From Croceivirga sp. (GTDB lineage: Bacteria; Bacteroidota; Bacteroidia; Flavobacteriales; Flavobacteriaceae): a stretch of 64,000 bases of DNA. The DNA lies in contig JBHJJC010000064.1 of the NCBI GenBank assembly GCA_050042945.1, positions 4,344-68,343 on the forward strand, given 5' to 3'. The translations under genes were made by a program, and so were the position numbers. The notes below the pieces were generated by a model. The model made no database searches. It was not told where the DNA came from and was given only the letters and a program-made list of their open reading frames with translations. This document shows, piece by piece, positions 29,629 through 38,563 of this stretch; positions within the stretch are counted from its first letter, which is position 1; each line of letters begins with the position of its first letter.

Positions 29629-31866
29629 ATGAAAAATTATATTTATATTCTCTACTTATTTTTTGTAATTGGAACAATACATGCGCACGATTTAAAAGGA
29701 ACTATTGTGGATGAATCAGGAGTTCCTGTTGAAGGAGTATCCATTGTTAACCAAACCACTAGGGGTTACACCTTCTCAAACGTCTCTGGTTATTTTGAAC
29801 TCGACGACATTTCTATTGGGGATGAAGTCGTTATAAATAGTCTAGGCTTTAGAACCCAACGGTTAACAATCGTTGAAAGTCAATTGGACGCGACCATCAA
29901 AATTATTTTGTTGGGGGAAGCAGTATCGTTAAATCAAGTTACGCTCCTTTCCAAAACAAATCCATTGACAGAATTAGCTAATGTCGATGTTCAAATAAAT
30001 CCGGTAAAATCTTCACAAGAGATTATGCGCAAAGTACCAGGACTTATTATTGGTCAACATGCCGGTGGTGGAAAAGCAGAACAGATTTTTTTAAGGGGTT
30101 TTGATATTGACCATGGTACCGATATTGCGATCAATGTAGACGGATTACCAGTAAATTTACCTTCACACGCACATGGTCAAGGTTATTCTGACCTACATTT
30201 TCTAATACCGGAAATCATTGATAACATCGATTTTGGAAAAGGGCTATATTACGCCGATAAAGGAAATTTTAATACAGCTGGTTATCTTGATTTGAACATT
30301 AAGGATAAGATTGACAACAGTTCCATTGTTGTTGAAGCAGGTCAGTTCAACACGTTGAGGGCAGTTGGTCTTTTAAAAGTGTCTGAAGGGGAATACAGCA
30401 ATGCCTATATTGCCTCTGAAGCTGTTCTGACCGATGGGGTCTTTGATGCTTCACAAAATTTTAACCGGTTGAACATTCTTGGCCGTTATAACTACAATAA
30501 CTATGAAGATGAGCAACTGACCCTTTCTATTTCACATTTTCAAAGTCGTTGGGATGCTTCGGGGCAAATTCCTCAGCGAGCGGTGGACCAAGGTTTGATT
30601 TCGCGATTTGGTGCTATTGATAGCACAGAAGGGGGTAATACAAGCCGTTCTAACATCTGGTTAAAACATATGAAACAGCTGGACGAACATCAACGTATTC
30701 GTACGAACGCTTATTTATCAAAATACGATTTTGAATTGTTTTCAAACTTTACCTTTTTCCTGAACAACCCGGTTGACGGAGATCAAATACAACAGGTAGA
30801 GAGTCGGACCATTATAGGTGCCGAAACCGCTTATGATGTGAATTTCCACACCGATAACCATAATGAGCAATTAAGTTTGACCTCTGGATTGGGCTTTCGA
30901 TATGACGATGTTGACAACAATCAACTATCCCGAACCAGAAACCGAACAGAAATTTTAGAACGGTTGGCCTTTGGTGATGTAGACGAACTGAACGGTTACG
31001 CCTACTCTAGTTTGACCTACAAAACCAAGAATTGGACATTTATTCCTGGTGTTCGTTTAGACTATTTTAGCTTTGGATATAATGATTTCCTTCAACCGAC
31101 CTTCTCTAGTTTACGGGAAAATGATGTTATTGTAAGTCCAAAATTCAATGCCATTTATAGCCCAGGTGAGAACTTCCAAATATATGGCAAAGCCGGATTT
31201 GGTTTCCACTCTAATGATAGCAGGGTTGTCAACGCCCAGAATGCTACCGAAGAAACGTTACCTTCTGCCTTTGGTGCTGATATCGGTACGGTGTTCAAAC
31301 CTTTATCAAACTTAATTATCAATGCTGCTCTATGGGGGCTGAGTCTAGAGCAGGAATTTGTATATGTTGGTGATGAGGCTGTGGTGGAACCCAGTGGAAG
31401 GTCAAGGAGATATGGTGTTGATTTCGGTCTGAGATATCAATTGACCGATTGGTTGTTTGCAAATGCCGATGTTAATTACACCTTAGCCAGAAGTATTGAC
31501 GAAGCCGATGGGGAAGATTTTATCCCATTAGCTCCTGATTTTACATCTGCCGGTGGTCTTACAGTGCGTAACTTGGGTAAATTTTTAGGGAGTCTAAATT
31601 ACCGCTATGTAGATGACAGGCCCGCAAATGAGAATAATTCAATTGTTGCAATTGGCTATTTTGTTACGGATATGAACATTAACTACAACTTCAATAAAAA
31701 TTGGTCGTTTGGTCTTATTGTTGAAAACCTGTTTGATACCGAATGGAATGAAACCCAATTTGCTACAGAGACAAGACTCTTTAATGAAGTGAATCCAATA
31801 GAAGAAATAACATTTACTCCAGGGACGCCCTTTTTCCTTAGGGGGCGTTTAACGGTAAGCTTTTAA
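29629..31866 (+). CDS. TonB-dependent outer-membrane receptor with CarboxypepD_reg-like N-domain
   Basis: Signal peptide, then GTIVDESGVPVEGVSIVN...SNVSGYFEL (Bacteroidota-type N-domain). The plug region reads IFLRGFD, followed by a long beta-barrel that ends in a terminal Phe (RLTVSF). Confidence 0.88.
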   Translation: MKNYIYILYLFFVIGTIHAHDLKGTIVDESGVPVEGVSIVNQTTRGYTFSNVSGYFELDDISIGDEVVINSLGFRTQRLTIVESQLDATIKIILLGEAVSLNQVTLLSKTNPLTELANVDVQINPVKSSQEIMRKVPGLIIGQHAGGGKAEQIFLRGFDIDHGTDIAINVDGLPVNLPSHAHGQGYSDLHFLIPEIIDNIDFGKGLYYADKGNFNTAGYLDLNIKDKIDNSSIVVEAGQFNTLRAVGLLKVSEGEYSNAYIASEAVLTDGVFDASQNFNRLNILGRYNYNNYEDEQLTLSISHFQSRWDASGQIPQRAVDQGLISRFGAIDSTEGGNTSRSNIWLKHMKQLDEHQRIRTNAYLSKYDFELFSNFTFFLNNPVDGDQIQQVESRTIIGAETAYDVNFHTDNHNEQLSLTSGLGFRYDDVDNNQLSRTRNRTEILERLAFGDVDELNGYAYSSLTYKTKNWTFIPGVRLDYFSFGYNDFLQPTFSSLRENDVIVSPKFNAIYSPGENFQIYGKAGFGFHSNDSRVVNAQNATEETLPSAFGADIGTVFKPLSNLIINAALWGLSLEQEFVYVGDEAVVEPSGRSRRYGVDFGLRYQLTDWLFANADVNYTLARSIDEADGEDFIPLAPDFTSAGGLTVRNLGKFLGSLNYRYVDDRPANENNSIVAIGYFVTDMNINYNFNKNWSFGLIVENLFDTEWNETQFATETRLFNEVNPIEEITFTPGTPFFLRGRLTVSF

Positions 31867-31923
31867 ATGAATTAGTGCATTACATTCTACCTAAGAAAAG
31901 ATAGGTGGTATTTTAGATTACTG

Positions 31924-31961
31924 GTAAACCCTATAACCCTAAACTGGATTATAGGGTTTAC
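31924..31961 (+). terminator. rho-independent terminator candidate after the receptor gene
   Basis: A perfect 13-bp stem, gtaaaccctataa / ttatagggtttac, encloses a 12-nt loop and is followed by tttgtt. Confidence 0.6.
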
Positions 31962-32082
31962 TTTGTTAATTATAAACCAATTTCAAAAGTTGTTTCTTAT
32001 TGAAAAGAATGGTAAGATTTTCCAATTTGGAAAGAATATTCGAGTGGTGTGGAAGTTATTCTATTTGAAAAAGAATTTTTTC

Positions 32083-32222
32083 AATTAAATTTTGAGCGCG
32101 TATCCTCATGGAAAGAAGTAGCTTCCTTATTTTTATAATATGCCCAGACCAATAGTCATTCTGTTTTTTTTGGTTTTAATGCAGTCGTGTGCATCACAGC
32201 ACAATTTGGTGGAAGGAAGGCA
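32083..32222 (+). repeat. right copy of 140-bp direct repeat bracketing the NRPS island
   Basis: See 7997..8136. This copy contains a start-less stub ending ...QLNFERVSSWKEVASLFL* (identical to the nucleotidase C-terminus) plus the genuine 5' end of the esterase gene. Confidence 0.95.
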
Positions 32223-32853
32223 ACAGGTCGAACTTTCGGAAAATTTGCAGTACTACCTATATCTGCCCGATAACTACTTTTCAGAAGAGAATAAAGATTT
32301 TGGATTACTGCTCTTTTTACATGGTGGAGGGGAATCGGGCCGTCAGCTCAATGAATTGACCAAGAACGGACCGCCTAAAATGATGGCAGATGGATATCCT
32401 TTTCCCTTCTTGGTATTGGCCCCCCAAAATCCGTATGAGAAACAATGGTGGGATGTAAGGGCGGTCAATCAGCTGTTGGATTACATCATAGACGATTACC
32501 GTGTGGATAAAAAACGAATTTACCTAACAGGATTGAGTAGGGGAGGAAGCGCTGCATGGGAAATGGCAGTTCAATATCCTGATAAATTTGCAGCATTGGC
32601 GGTTGTCTGCGGCATGGCACCATTACCGTACGCGCATTGGATGAACAAAGAAATGCCCATATGGGTATTTCATGGGGCAGAGGATAAGGTCATTCCCGTT
32701 TCAGAATCTGACCAAATGGTTTCGAAACTTACGGAAATTGGGTTTGATGTCCGTTATGACCGTTATGAAGGGGTAGGGCACAATTCTTGGGGTCGCGCTT
32801 ACGCCCTTGATAGCTTATATGCATGGTTTAACAAACAAAAATTGATAGAATAA
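32140..32853 (+). CDS. alpha/beta-hydrolase esterase (phospholipase/carboxylesterase-like) lipoprotein
   Basis: Lipobox LMQSC. The catalytic signatures are LLFLHGGGESG, the nucleophile elbow GLSRGGSAAW, VFHGAEDKVIP and GVGHNSW. Confidence 0.8.
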   Translation: MPRPIVILFFLVLMQSCASQHNLVEGRQQVELSENLQYYLYLPDNYFSEENKDFGLLLFLHGGGESGRQLNELTKNGPPKMMADGYPFPFLVLAPQNPYEKQWWDVRAVNQLLDYIIDDYRVDKKRIYLTGLSRGGSAAWEMAVQYPDKFAALAVVCGMAPLPYAHWMNKEMPIWVFHGAEDKVIPVSESDQMVSKLTEIGFDVRYDRYEGVGHNSWGRAYALDSLYAWFNKQKLIE

Positions 32854-33722
32854 TGAATAGGCTTTTGAAAAAAGGAGTATGCATAGGCGTTTTGTTTTTG
32901 GTCGCTATAGCGAACGGACAAAATGAAGCATCACTTAAAGTCACTTACCCAAATAATGGAAGTCTCATCATAGCAGGAGGGGGTGCTTTACCAGAGGAAA
33001 TCATTAAGACTTTCATTGATCTGGCAGGAGGTGCTGATGCCCCCATTGTAGTGGTGCCTACAGCAGCGGGCCTTAAGGAATATGATGATAATTGGGGGAA
33101 AATCATATCAGACCAAGGGGCCTCAAATGTGGTTGTACTCCATACGGACAGTAAAAAAGAGGCCAACTCCAAAAAGTTTGTTCAACCCCTTAAAAATGCT
33201 ACCGGCGTCTGGTTTGTCGGTGGAAGACAATGGCGACTGGCAGATTCTTATTTAGACACAGCGACAGAAAAAGCGTTTTGGGATGTATTGGATAGAGGGG
33301 GTGTCATAGGGGGAACTTCGGCAGGGGCCACTATACAAGGCTCTTATTTGGTAAGGGGCGATACCAAAACCAATCAAATAATGATGGGTGACCATGAAAA
33401 AGGTTTTGCTTTTTTGGACAATGTGGCCATCGACCAACATGTATTGGCTAGAAACAGACAGTTCGATATTCTTTCCATTCTGGAGAAGAAACCCCATCTT
33501 TTGGGAATCGGGATTGATGAAAGTACCGCAATTGTTGTTCAAGAGGGAACTTTTAAAGTATTGGGAAAAAGCTATGTGCTCATGTATGATGGTACTTTTT
33601 GGTCTAGGGAAGGTACTGAATACAAAACCCCAATGGAAACCAATGGAAAAACATTTTATTTTCTTGAAGCGGGGGATCGCTATGACTTGAAGACCAAAAA
33701 AGTTATTGATGAAAAAAAATAA
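32853..33722 (+). CDS. cyanophycinase-like S51 peptidase
   Basis: IAGGGALPEEI...PIVVVPTAA and GGTSAGATIQG are present. The ATG overlaps the upstream TAA (taATG). Confidence 0.75.
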   Translation: MNRLLKKGVCIGVLFLVAIANGQNEASLKVTYPNNGSLIIAGGGALPEEIIKTFIDLAGGADAPIVVVPTAAGLKEYDDNWGKIISDQGASNVVVLHTDSKKEANSKKFVQPLKNATGVWFVGGRQWRLADSYLDTATEKAFWDVLDRGGVIGGTSAGATIQGSYLVRGDTKTNQIMMGDHEKGFAFLDNVAIDQHVLARNRQFDILSILEKKPHLLGIGIDESTAIVVQEGTFKVLGKSYVLMYDGTFWSREGTEYKTPMETNGKTFYFLEAGDRYDLKTKKVIDEKK

Positions 33723-34488
33723 CCTAAATATACGTTTTTGGCAAATTCGGTTACTCACCAAAATGGTGTATGGCTTTTTATTGGGGTTAGTAGGTTGCTT
33801 CCTTATTGGGTGCAGGCACCAAAAGCAACATGAGATTACCCCGCGTGCTAATAATACTGACACGATTTCAGTAGTGCAGAAGATAATGCCTCCAGATAGC
33901 ACCCAAAAAGAAATTCCCATGAAGTCTTTTGAAGGTATTGCCGACACCACTTTTGTTCGATTGGCCGATTTCAGTGAAGATTTCGTTTACGATTTACGTT
34001 ATGCCACCAAAAACAACTTTTTAAAGGAAAAGGTCTACGATTGCGCAGAGTGTTACGTAAGGGCAAAGACGGCCAAGGCACTGATTGCCGTAAATAAAGT
34101 TTTTATGGATGAAGGCCATAGGATAAAGTTTTTTGATTGTTACCGACCTAATTCCGTGCAACACAAGATGTGGAAGATTCTTCCCAATCCGCAATATGTT
34201 GCAAATCCGGTGAAAGGGTCGATTCACAATAAAGGAGGTGCGGTCGATGTCACTTTAGTGGATAGTGAAGGAAATGAATTGGATATGGGTACTGAATTTG
34301 ATTTTTTTGGTAAACGTGCCTATCACGACTACACCGATTTGCCCCAAGAGATTCTAGACAATCGAAGATTACTTAAAGAGACCTTGGAGGCCAATGGTTT
34401 TTGGGGAATTCGAACCGAATGGTGGCATTATAATCTTTCAGGTGGGAGTAGGTTCACAGTGGAAGATTTTGTCTGGGAGTGCAATTAA
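33709..34488 (+). CDS. M15 D-Ala-D-Ala dipeptidase (VanX/DdpX-like) lipoprotein
   Basis: DLRYATKNNF, CYRP, GSIHNKGGAVDVTLVD and EWWHY are present, with the lipoprotein-like signal LVGCFLIGC. The ATG at 33709 immediately follows the TTG at 33706. Confidence 0.82.
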   Translation: MKKNNLNIRFWQIRLLTKMVYGFLLGLVGCFLIGCRHQKQHEITPRANNTDTISVVQKIMPPDSTQKEIPMKSFEGIADTTFVRLADFSEDFVYDLRYATKNNFLKEKVYDCAECYVRAKTAKALIAVNKVFMDEGHRIKFFDCYRPNSVQHKMWKILPNPQYVANPVKGSIHNKGGAVDVTLVDSEGNELDMGTEFDFFGKRAYHDYTDLPQEILDNRRLLKETLEANGFWGIRTEWWHYNLSGGSRFTVEDFVWECN

Positions 34489-34501
34489 AAAAGATATAAA
34501 A

Positions 34502-34527
34502 ACGGTCCAAGCTTCAGCTTGGACCGT
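34502..34527. terminator. bidirectional terminator hairpin between convergent genes
   Basis: The stem acggtccaagc / gcttggaccgt (11 bp) has a 4-nt loop. It is flanked by an A-run upstream and tttttattt downstream. Confidence 0.8.
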
Positions 34528-34559
34528 TTTTATTTGAAATAGGATGATTGCCTTCTTTT

Positions 34560-36140
34560 TTACTTGTAATATATGTTTAAACTGGCATTGCCAGGAAATT
34601 CATTCGAAACGATTAATAAGGTTCTTCCGTTAGGACTGTCTTCTGGACTGACCACCAATAACCCTTCAGGAGAAGTATTCCGTAATCTTTGAACAAATCG
34701 AGGATTAAAAATGTCGTTGATATTGTACACCAATACATCCCCACTTCTTTCCAATCCGATAATAGCAAAGGTGTCAGTTCCATCGGAATATGTAGTTACG
34801 GCCTCGGGCTCTGTTCCTTTGTCATCCGATCTGTTTTCAGGATAATTTCCATAATCAAAGAGTCCCATCAATGTGAATTCGTTACCTGAATCGAAAAGCA
34901 ATTCTCCCGAAGTTGACCAAATGGAGAAGGACCGTGCACCATAACCGTAAATCTGATCAATATCACCGTCACCGTCAGTATCGCCATTGGCCGTAGTAAC
35001 CTTTAAACGTCCTAGGTTTTCTGGCAATTGCAAGCTTGTGGCATCCGGATACGCGGTTGGATCTAGGGTTAAATCGTCACCTCGCTCTTCTTCTGAATAC
35101 CCATCGTAATCGCGTGCATCGCCTTCGTTGGCAGTGATGATATAGCCAGTTCCGCCTATTTCAAAATAATCAATCGCATCTGGCTGATAGAAACTTAAGA
35201 CAGGCCAAGTCTGCAAATTACCGATTATTCCATCTTCATCACTTAAATCAAAAGCTATCTCCGAATAGTCTTTTGTTCCCAAAGGGTAGATATCGGTAAT
35301 GGTTTTAGAAGCGATATCCAACTTAGCGATACCATTGTTTTCTTGTAGTGCAATAAAAGCAGTTTGAGAATCGGATGAAACCGTTATGTATTCGGGCTCC
35401 ACATCGGTACTTAAATCTGCCCCAGGTCCAAATACACGAAAACCTTCTGCCTCGAGTGCCTCTTCATTTGTATTAAAACTGTCGAAGAAAACTTGCGTAG
35501 GTGTCATGGTTTCTACTTCAATAACGGTAATTGAGCCTATGGGATCTATAGTATATTCATCATTTGGTTCTCCTTCATTGGCTGCCAATATGTAGGTGCC
35601 ATCTGGAGTAAATGTTACCATGTCCGGTAGGGCACCGGCAGTAATTTGTGCCATGGGTGTAGTAAGATTTGTTGTTTCAAAGACAACAATAGAGCCATTG
35701 TCAGTAGCCGTAGCCGCCTCAACTGCAATGGCCAGCATACCATTTTTACAAGCAACACTGTTTACATTACCTCCAAAAGCAGTAATATCGATGGCCATCA
35801 TAAGTTCTGGGTTGCCGGGATCTGAAATATCGATAACATCAACCTCTGCCGCATCTGAATTTGTAGAGAAAACTTGTTGTGTATTGGCATCATAAGCCGA
35901 AATTTCTGGTACACCATCACCTAAACTTATTTGGGATAAGGTGGAAAAGAACGTTAACCCTTCACCATCAATTCCGTCCGTTCCATCTGCACCTTCTATA
36001 CCGTCTATTCCGTTAGCACCATCCGCGCCATCAACTCCGTTCATGCCATCCATGCCGTCTTCGCCATCGCAGGATACCATTATTATCAAAGCTCCCAAAA
36101 AGAGCGCTCTAAAAACATTTATTTTTTTCGTGATTTTCAT
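34560..36140 (-). CDS. secreted lipoprotein, choice-of-anchor-I / phytase-like beta-propeller family, with N-terminal collagen-like G-x-D repeats
   Basis: The ATG at 36140 gives MKITKK...LIIMVSC, which has a lipobox. The body has repeated blade-like segments, YQPDAIDYF, and ITANEGDARDY. The family call is from memory of similar proteins. The track start at 36149 is a TTG. Confidence 0.55.
   Translation of the reverse strand: MKITKKINVFRALFLGALIIMVSCDGEDGMDGMNGVDGADGANGIDGIEGADGTDGIDGEGLTFFSTLSQISLGDGVPEISAYDANTQQVFSTNSDAAEVDVIDISDPGNPELMMAIDITAFGGNVNSVACKNGMLAIAVEAATATDNGSIVVFETTNLTTPMAQITAGALPDMVTFTPDGTYILAANEGEPNDEYTIDPIGSITVIEVETMTPTQVFFDSFNTNEEALEAEGFRVFGPGADLSTDVEPEYITVSSDSQTAFIALQENNGIAKLDIASKTITDIYPLGTKDYSEIAFDLSDEDGIIGNLQTWPVLSFYQPDAIDYFEIGGTGYIITANEGDARDYDGYSEEERGDDLTLDPTAYPDATSLQLPENLGRLKVTTANGDTDGDGDIDQIYGYGARSFSIWSTSGELLFDSGNEFTLMGLFDYGNYPENRSDDKGTEPEAVTTYSDGTDTFAIIGLERSGDVLVYNINDIFNPRFVQRLRNTSPEGLLVVSPEDSPNGRTLLIVSNEFPGNASLNIYYK
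35958..36065 (-). repeat. 12 consecutive Gly-X-(Asp/Asn/Glu) triplets
   Basis: The stretch GEDGMDGMNGVDGADGANGIDGIEGADGTDGIDGEG follows directly after the lipobox Cys. Confidence 0.9.
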
Positions 36141-36267
36141 TGTGTTCAATTTAGATTAAGCAGTAAAGGTCAAACTCGAAATCAAAGTGGGGATTAAGGG
36201 AATAGGATTGTTATGTTAACAAACAACGGCTATTGGTGGTCAAGTTTAATTTGACGTAAGTTTTATG

Positions 36268-37449
36268 TTATAAAACTTTGATACAGCGCAATATTATGCG
36301 CTTGCCATCTGCTACAGTAGTAAAAAATAGATAGGTTTCACCGCCTTCTTTAAGTCTGTATTTTTTACGAAGGTCTGCAACGGATTCAGGAAAGTTGCGA
36401 ACGGTAATGTTGGCCTTATTAATGCCTAGGGCCCTTATTGCTTTTTTGTTGTAAGGCACTGCATCTTGAACTTTTAAAATACGGCCAGGAAAGCCTTTTA
36501 AAACCTTTGAGGTATATAAGTGGGTGTTGGGGTGTAGTTTTTTGAGTTGATAGGTCTTGCCAACAAATCTAAATGCGCCGGCCTTTAAAATAGCAGCGTT
36601 TGGTTCATATAAGTATTGTTCAACGGCTCCAATAGCAGATAATGCAGAGCTTTCTTCTTCTCGAAAGAATTCAAACGTTTCTTTTTTATCACCCTTTAGG
36701 TTGATGGTTTTTATGAGGACATCCCCGATAAAATCCTTTTCTAAAAAAAACAAGAGTTCTTTTACCTCATTTTTTACCGCGACGACATGAACTTCTTTTA
36801 CAAACGTTAATTCAGAAATACCTTGGGTGATGTCCAAAAGGGGAGACGCTTTTAAAAGCAGGTTATTGGTTTTTAAAAAAATCGTATCCAGAAGTTGGGG
36901 TGTATTGGGTTCACATTCGGCTAATTTAAAGACACGTGATTGGGATGAATCACGACGTGAAGGGTCGATATAAACCCAATCAAAATGTCGTGGGGTCTCT
37001 TTTAGGAATTCGATACCATCTTGAGCACTTGACAAGATATTGGTCACTTCTAAGACCTTAAAATTATGGGCTGCGATTTCGGATAGGTCCTTATTCTTTT
37101 CACAATGCCAAACACGGTCAACTTTTTTTGAAAAAAAATAGCTATCTACTCCAAAACCTCCTGTCATGTCCAGAAGGTTTTCACCTGATACCAATTGGCT
37201 TTTATACGCTGCTGATCGTTCCGAACTGGCCTGCTCAATATTGAGCTTGTTGGGGTAGTATATATTTTGTGTGCCAAACCAGGTTGGAAGCTTTTGACTA
37301 CTCTTTTTTTTACCTTCTAGCTGCTGAGCTAGTTCTTTTTGGGTAATGCCTTGAAATTGTGGTTTTTGTAGTAAAACTGACATGATGTCAGTATCCCATT
37401 TTTTTTCTATAAAACTTTGAGGACCAATATTTAAAATATTTTTATTCAA
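36268..37449 (-). CDS. class I SAM-dependent methyltransferase (THUMP-like C-terminal region)
   Basis: The SAM motif I region is LLDMTGGFGVDSYFF, followed by VYIDPSRR. The first in-frame start is a TTG. Confidence 0.6.
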   Translation of the reverse strand: MNKNILNIGPQSFIEKKWDTDIMSVLLQKPQFQGITQKELAQQLEGKKKSSQKLPTWFGTQNIYYPNKLNIEQASSERSAAYKSQLVSGENLLDMTGGFGVDSYFFSKKVDRVWHCEKNKDLSEIAAHNFKVLEVTNILSSAQDGIEFLKETPRHFDWVYIDPSRRDSSQSRVFKLAECEPNTPQLLDTIFLKTNNLLLKASPLLDITQGISELTFVKEVHVVAVKNEVKELLFFLEKDFIGDVLIKTINLKGDKKETFEFFREEESSALSAIGAVEQYLYEPNAAILKAGAFRFVGKTYQLKKLHPNTHLYTSKVLKGFPGRILKVQDAVPYNKKAIRALGINKANITVRNFPESVADLRKKYRLKEGGETYLFFTTVADGKRIILRCIKVL

Positions 37450-37456
37450 AGTGACA

Positions 37457-38563
37457 CTATAGATTTTTGGTCAACTTTTTTACAATGCTGTTTTCACTTA
37501 AAAATTCCTTTAGAATAACTTTAATGGCGGTATAGCCTGGTACTGCAATGACCATTCCGACCACACCGAAAAGTAATCCGGCAATGATAATAATCAAGAA
37601 GATTTCCAACGGATGCGATTTGACTGAATTCGAAAATATGAAGGGTTGGGAAAAGAAATTATCCACTAATTGACCAATGCATAATCCGATAAAAACGTAA
37701 AGTGCTTTCGGTAAAATAACAGCACTAAAATCTGCACCTAAATAACTTGTCATCGTAAGTGTAATCATAATGACCCCTCCTATGATTGGCCCGACATAAG
37801 GTATGATGTTGAACAAGGCACAGAGAAAAGCGATAACGATGGCATTTTCAACCCCAACGATTAATAAGGTTACGGTGTAAATAACGAAGAGGATAAAGAG
37901 TTGCAATAGTATTCCGCCAAAATATCTTGAAAGCAAATTATTTATCGTATCAATAGACTTTACCATATTACCTTCTTTTGCATCCGGGATAAACGTCAAT
38001 AATCCGTTTTGCATTAATTTACTATCCTTCAAAAAGAAAAACGAGATAAAAAGAACAGAAAATAAACCGATACTAAAGTTGCTAAGAATATTAAGGAAAG
38101 AATTCAAAAAGTTTGGAATGAAATTTAGATTGAGTCCGTCAAGAACATTTTTCTCCAAATCGGAGTCTCTAATCATTTCATTCACATTACTGGTAGTCAA
38201 TCCGAAGTATTCAACAATCTCCAAATAGAGCGTATTAAGGTTCTCTTTCAGGTCTTGTATGTTCAATAGCGAAAGATTTCTGCTTTGCTCATTGATTAAT
38301 GGAATGAACAATGCCAATATGCCTATGAAGATGCCCAAGAGCAATAGCATCGTAAAGACTACCGCCAATGTATTGGGAAATTTCACCTTTCTTCTCAGAA
38401 AAAGAACAATTGGCCTACCCAATAATGCGATTACGGCCGCCATCGCTAGATAGGCCAAAACCGAACGAATGAGATATAAAAAGTAGCAGGCGAAGACGAT
38501 GGCCACGATGATACCTACAGCCCTTAAAATACCACCAGCAATGGTCTTTGCATCTGATTTCAT
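37457..38563 (-). CDS. AI-2E (PerM/UPF0118) family transporter
   Basis: 368 aa and polytopic, with the family-typical ending ...IPYVGPIIGG...LLFGVVGMVIAVP. The start overlaps the upstream stop (ATGA). Confidence 0.75.
   Translation of the reverse strand: MKSDAKTIAGGILRAVGIIVAIVFACYFLYLIRSVLAYLAMAAVIALLGRPIVLFLRRKVKFPNTLAVVFTMLLLLGIFIGILALFIPLINEQSRNLSLLNIQDLKENLNTLYLEIVEYFGLTTSNVNEMIRDSDLEKNVLDGLNLNFIPNFLNSFLNILSNFSIGLFSVLFISFFFLKDSKLMQNGLLTFIPDAKEGNMVKSIDTINNLLSRYFGGILLQLFILFVIYTVTLLIVGVENAIVIAFLCALFNIIPYVGPIIGGVIMITLTMTSYLGADFSAVILPKALYVFIGLCIGQLVDNFFSQPFIFSNSVKSHPLEIFLIIIIAGLLFGVVGMVIAVPGYTAIKVILKEFLSENSIVKKLTKNL

Noticed and set aside
33252-33950. A 232-aa minus-strand ORF spanning the cyanophycinase/dipeptidase junction.
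   Set aside because: It fully overlaps two plus-strand genes that carry clear catalytic motifs. Its own sequence has no recognisable features.
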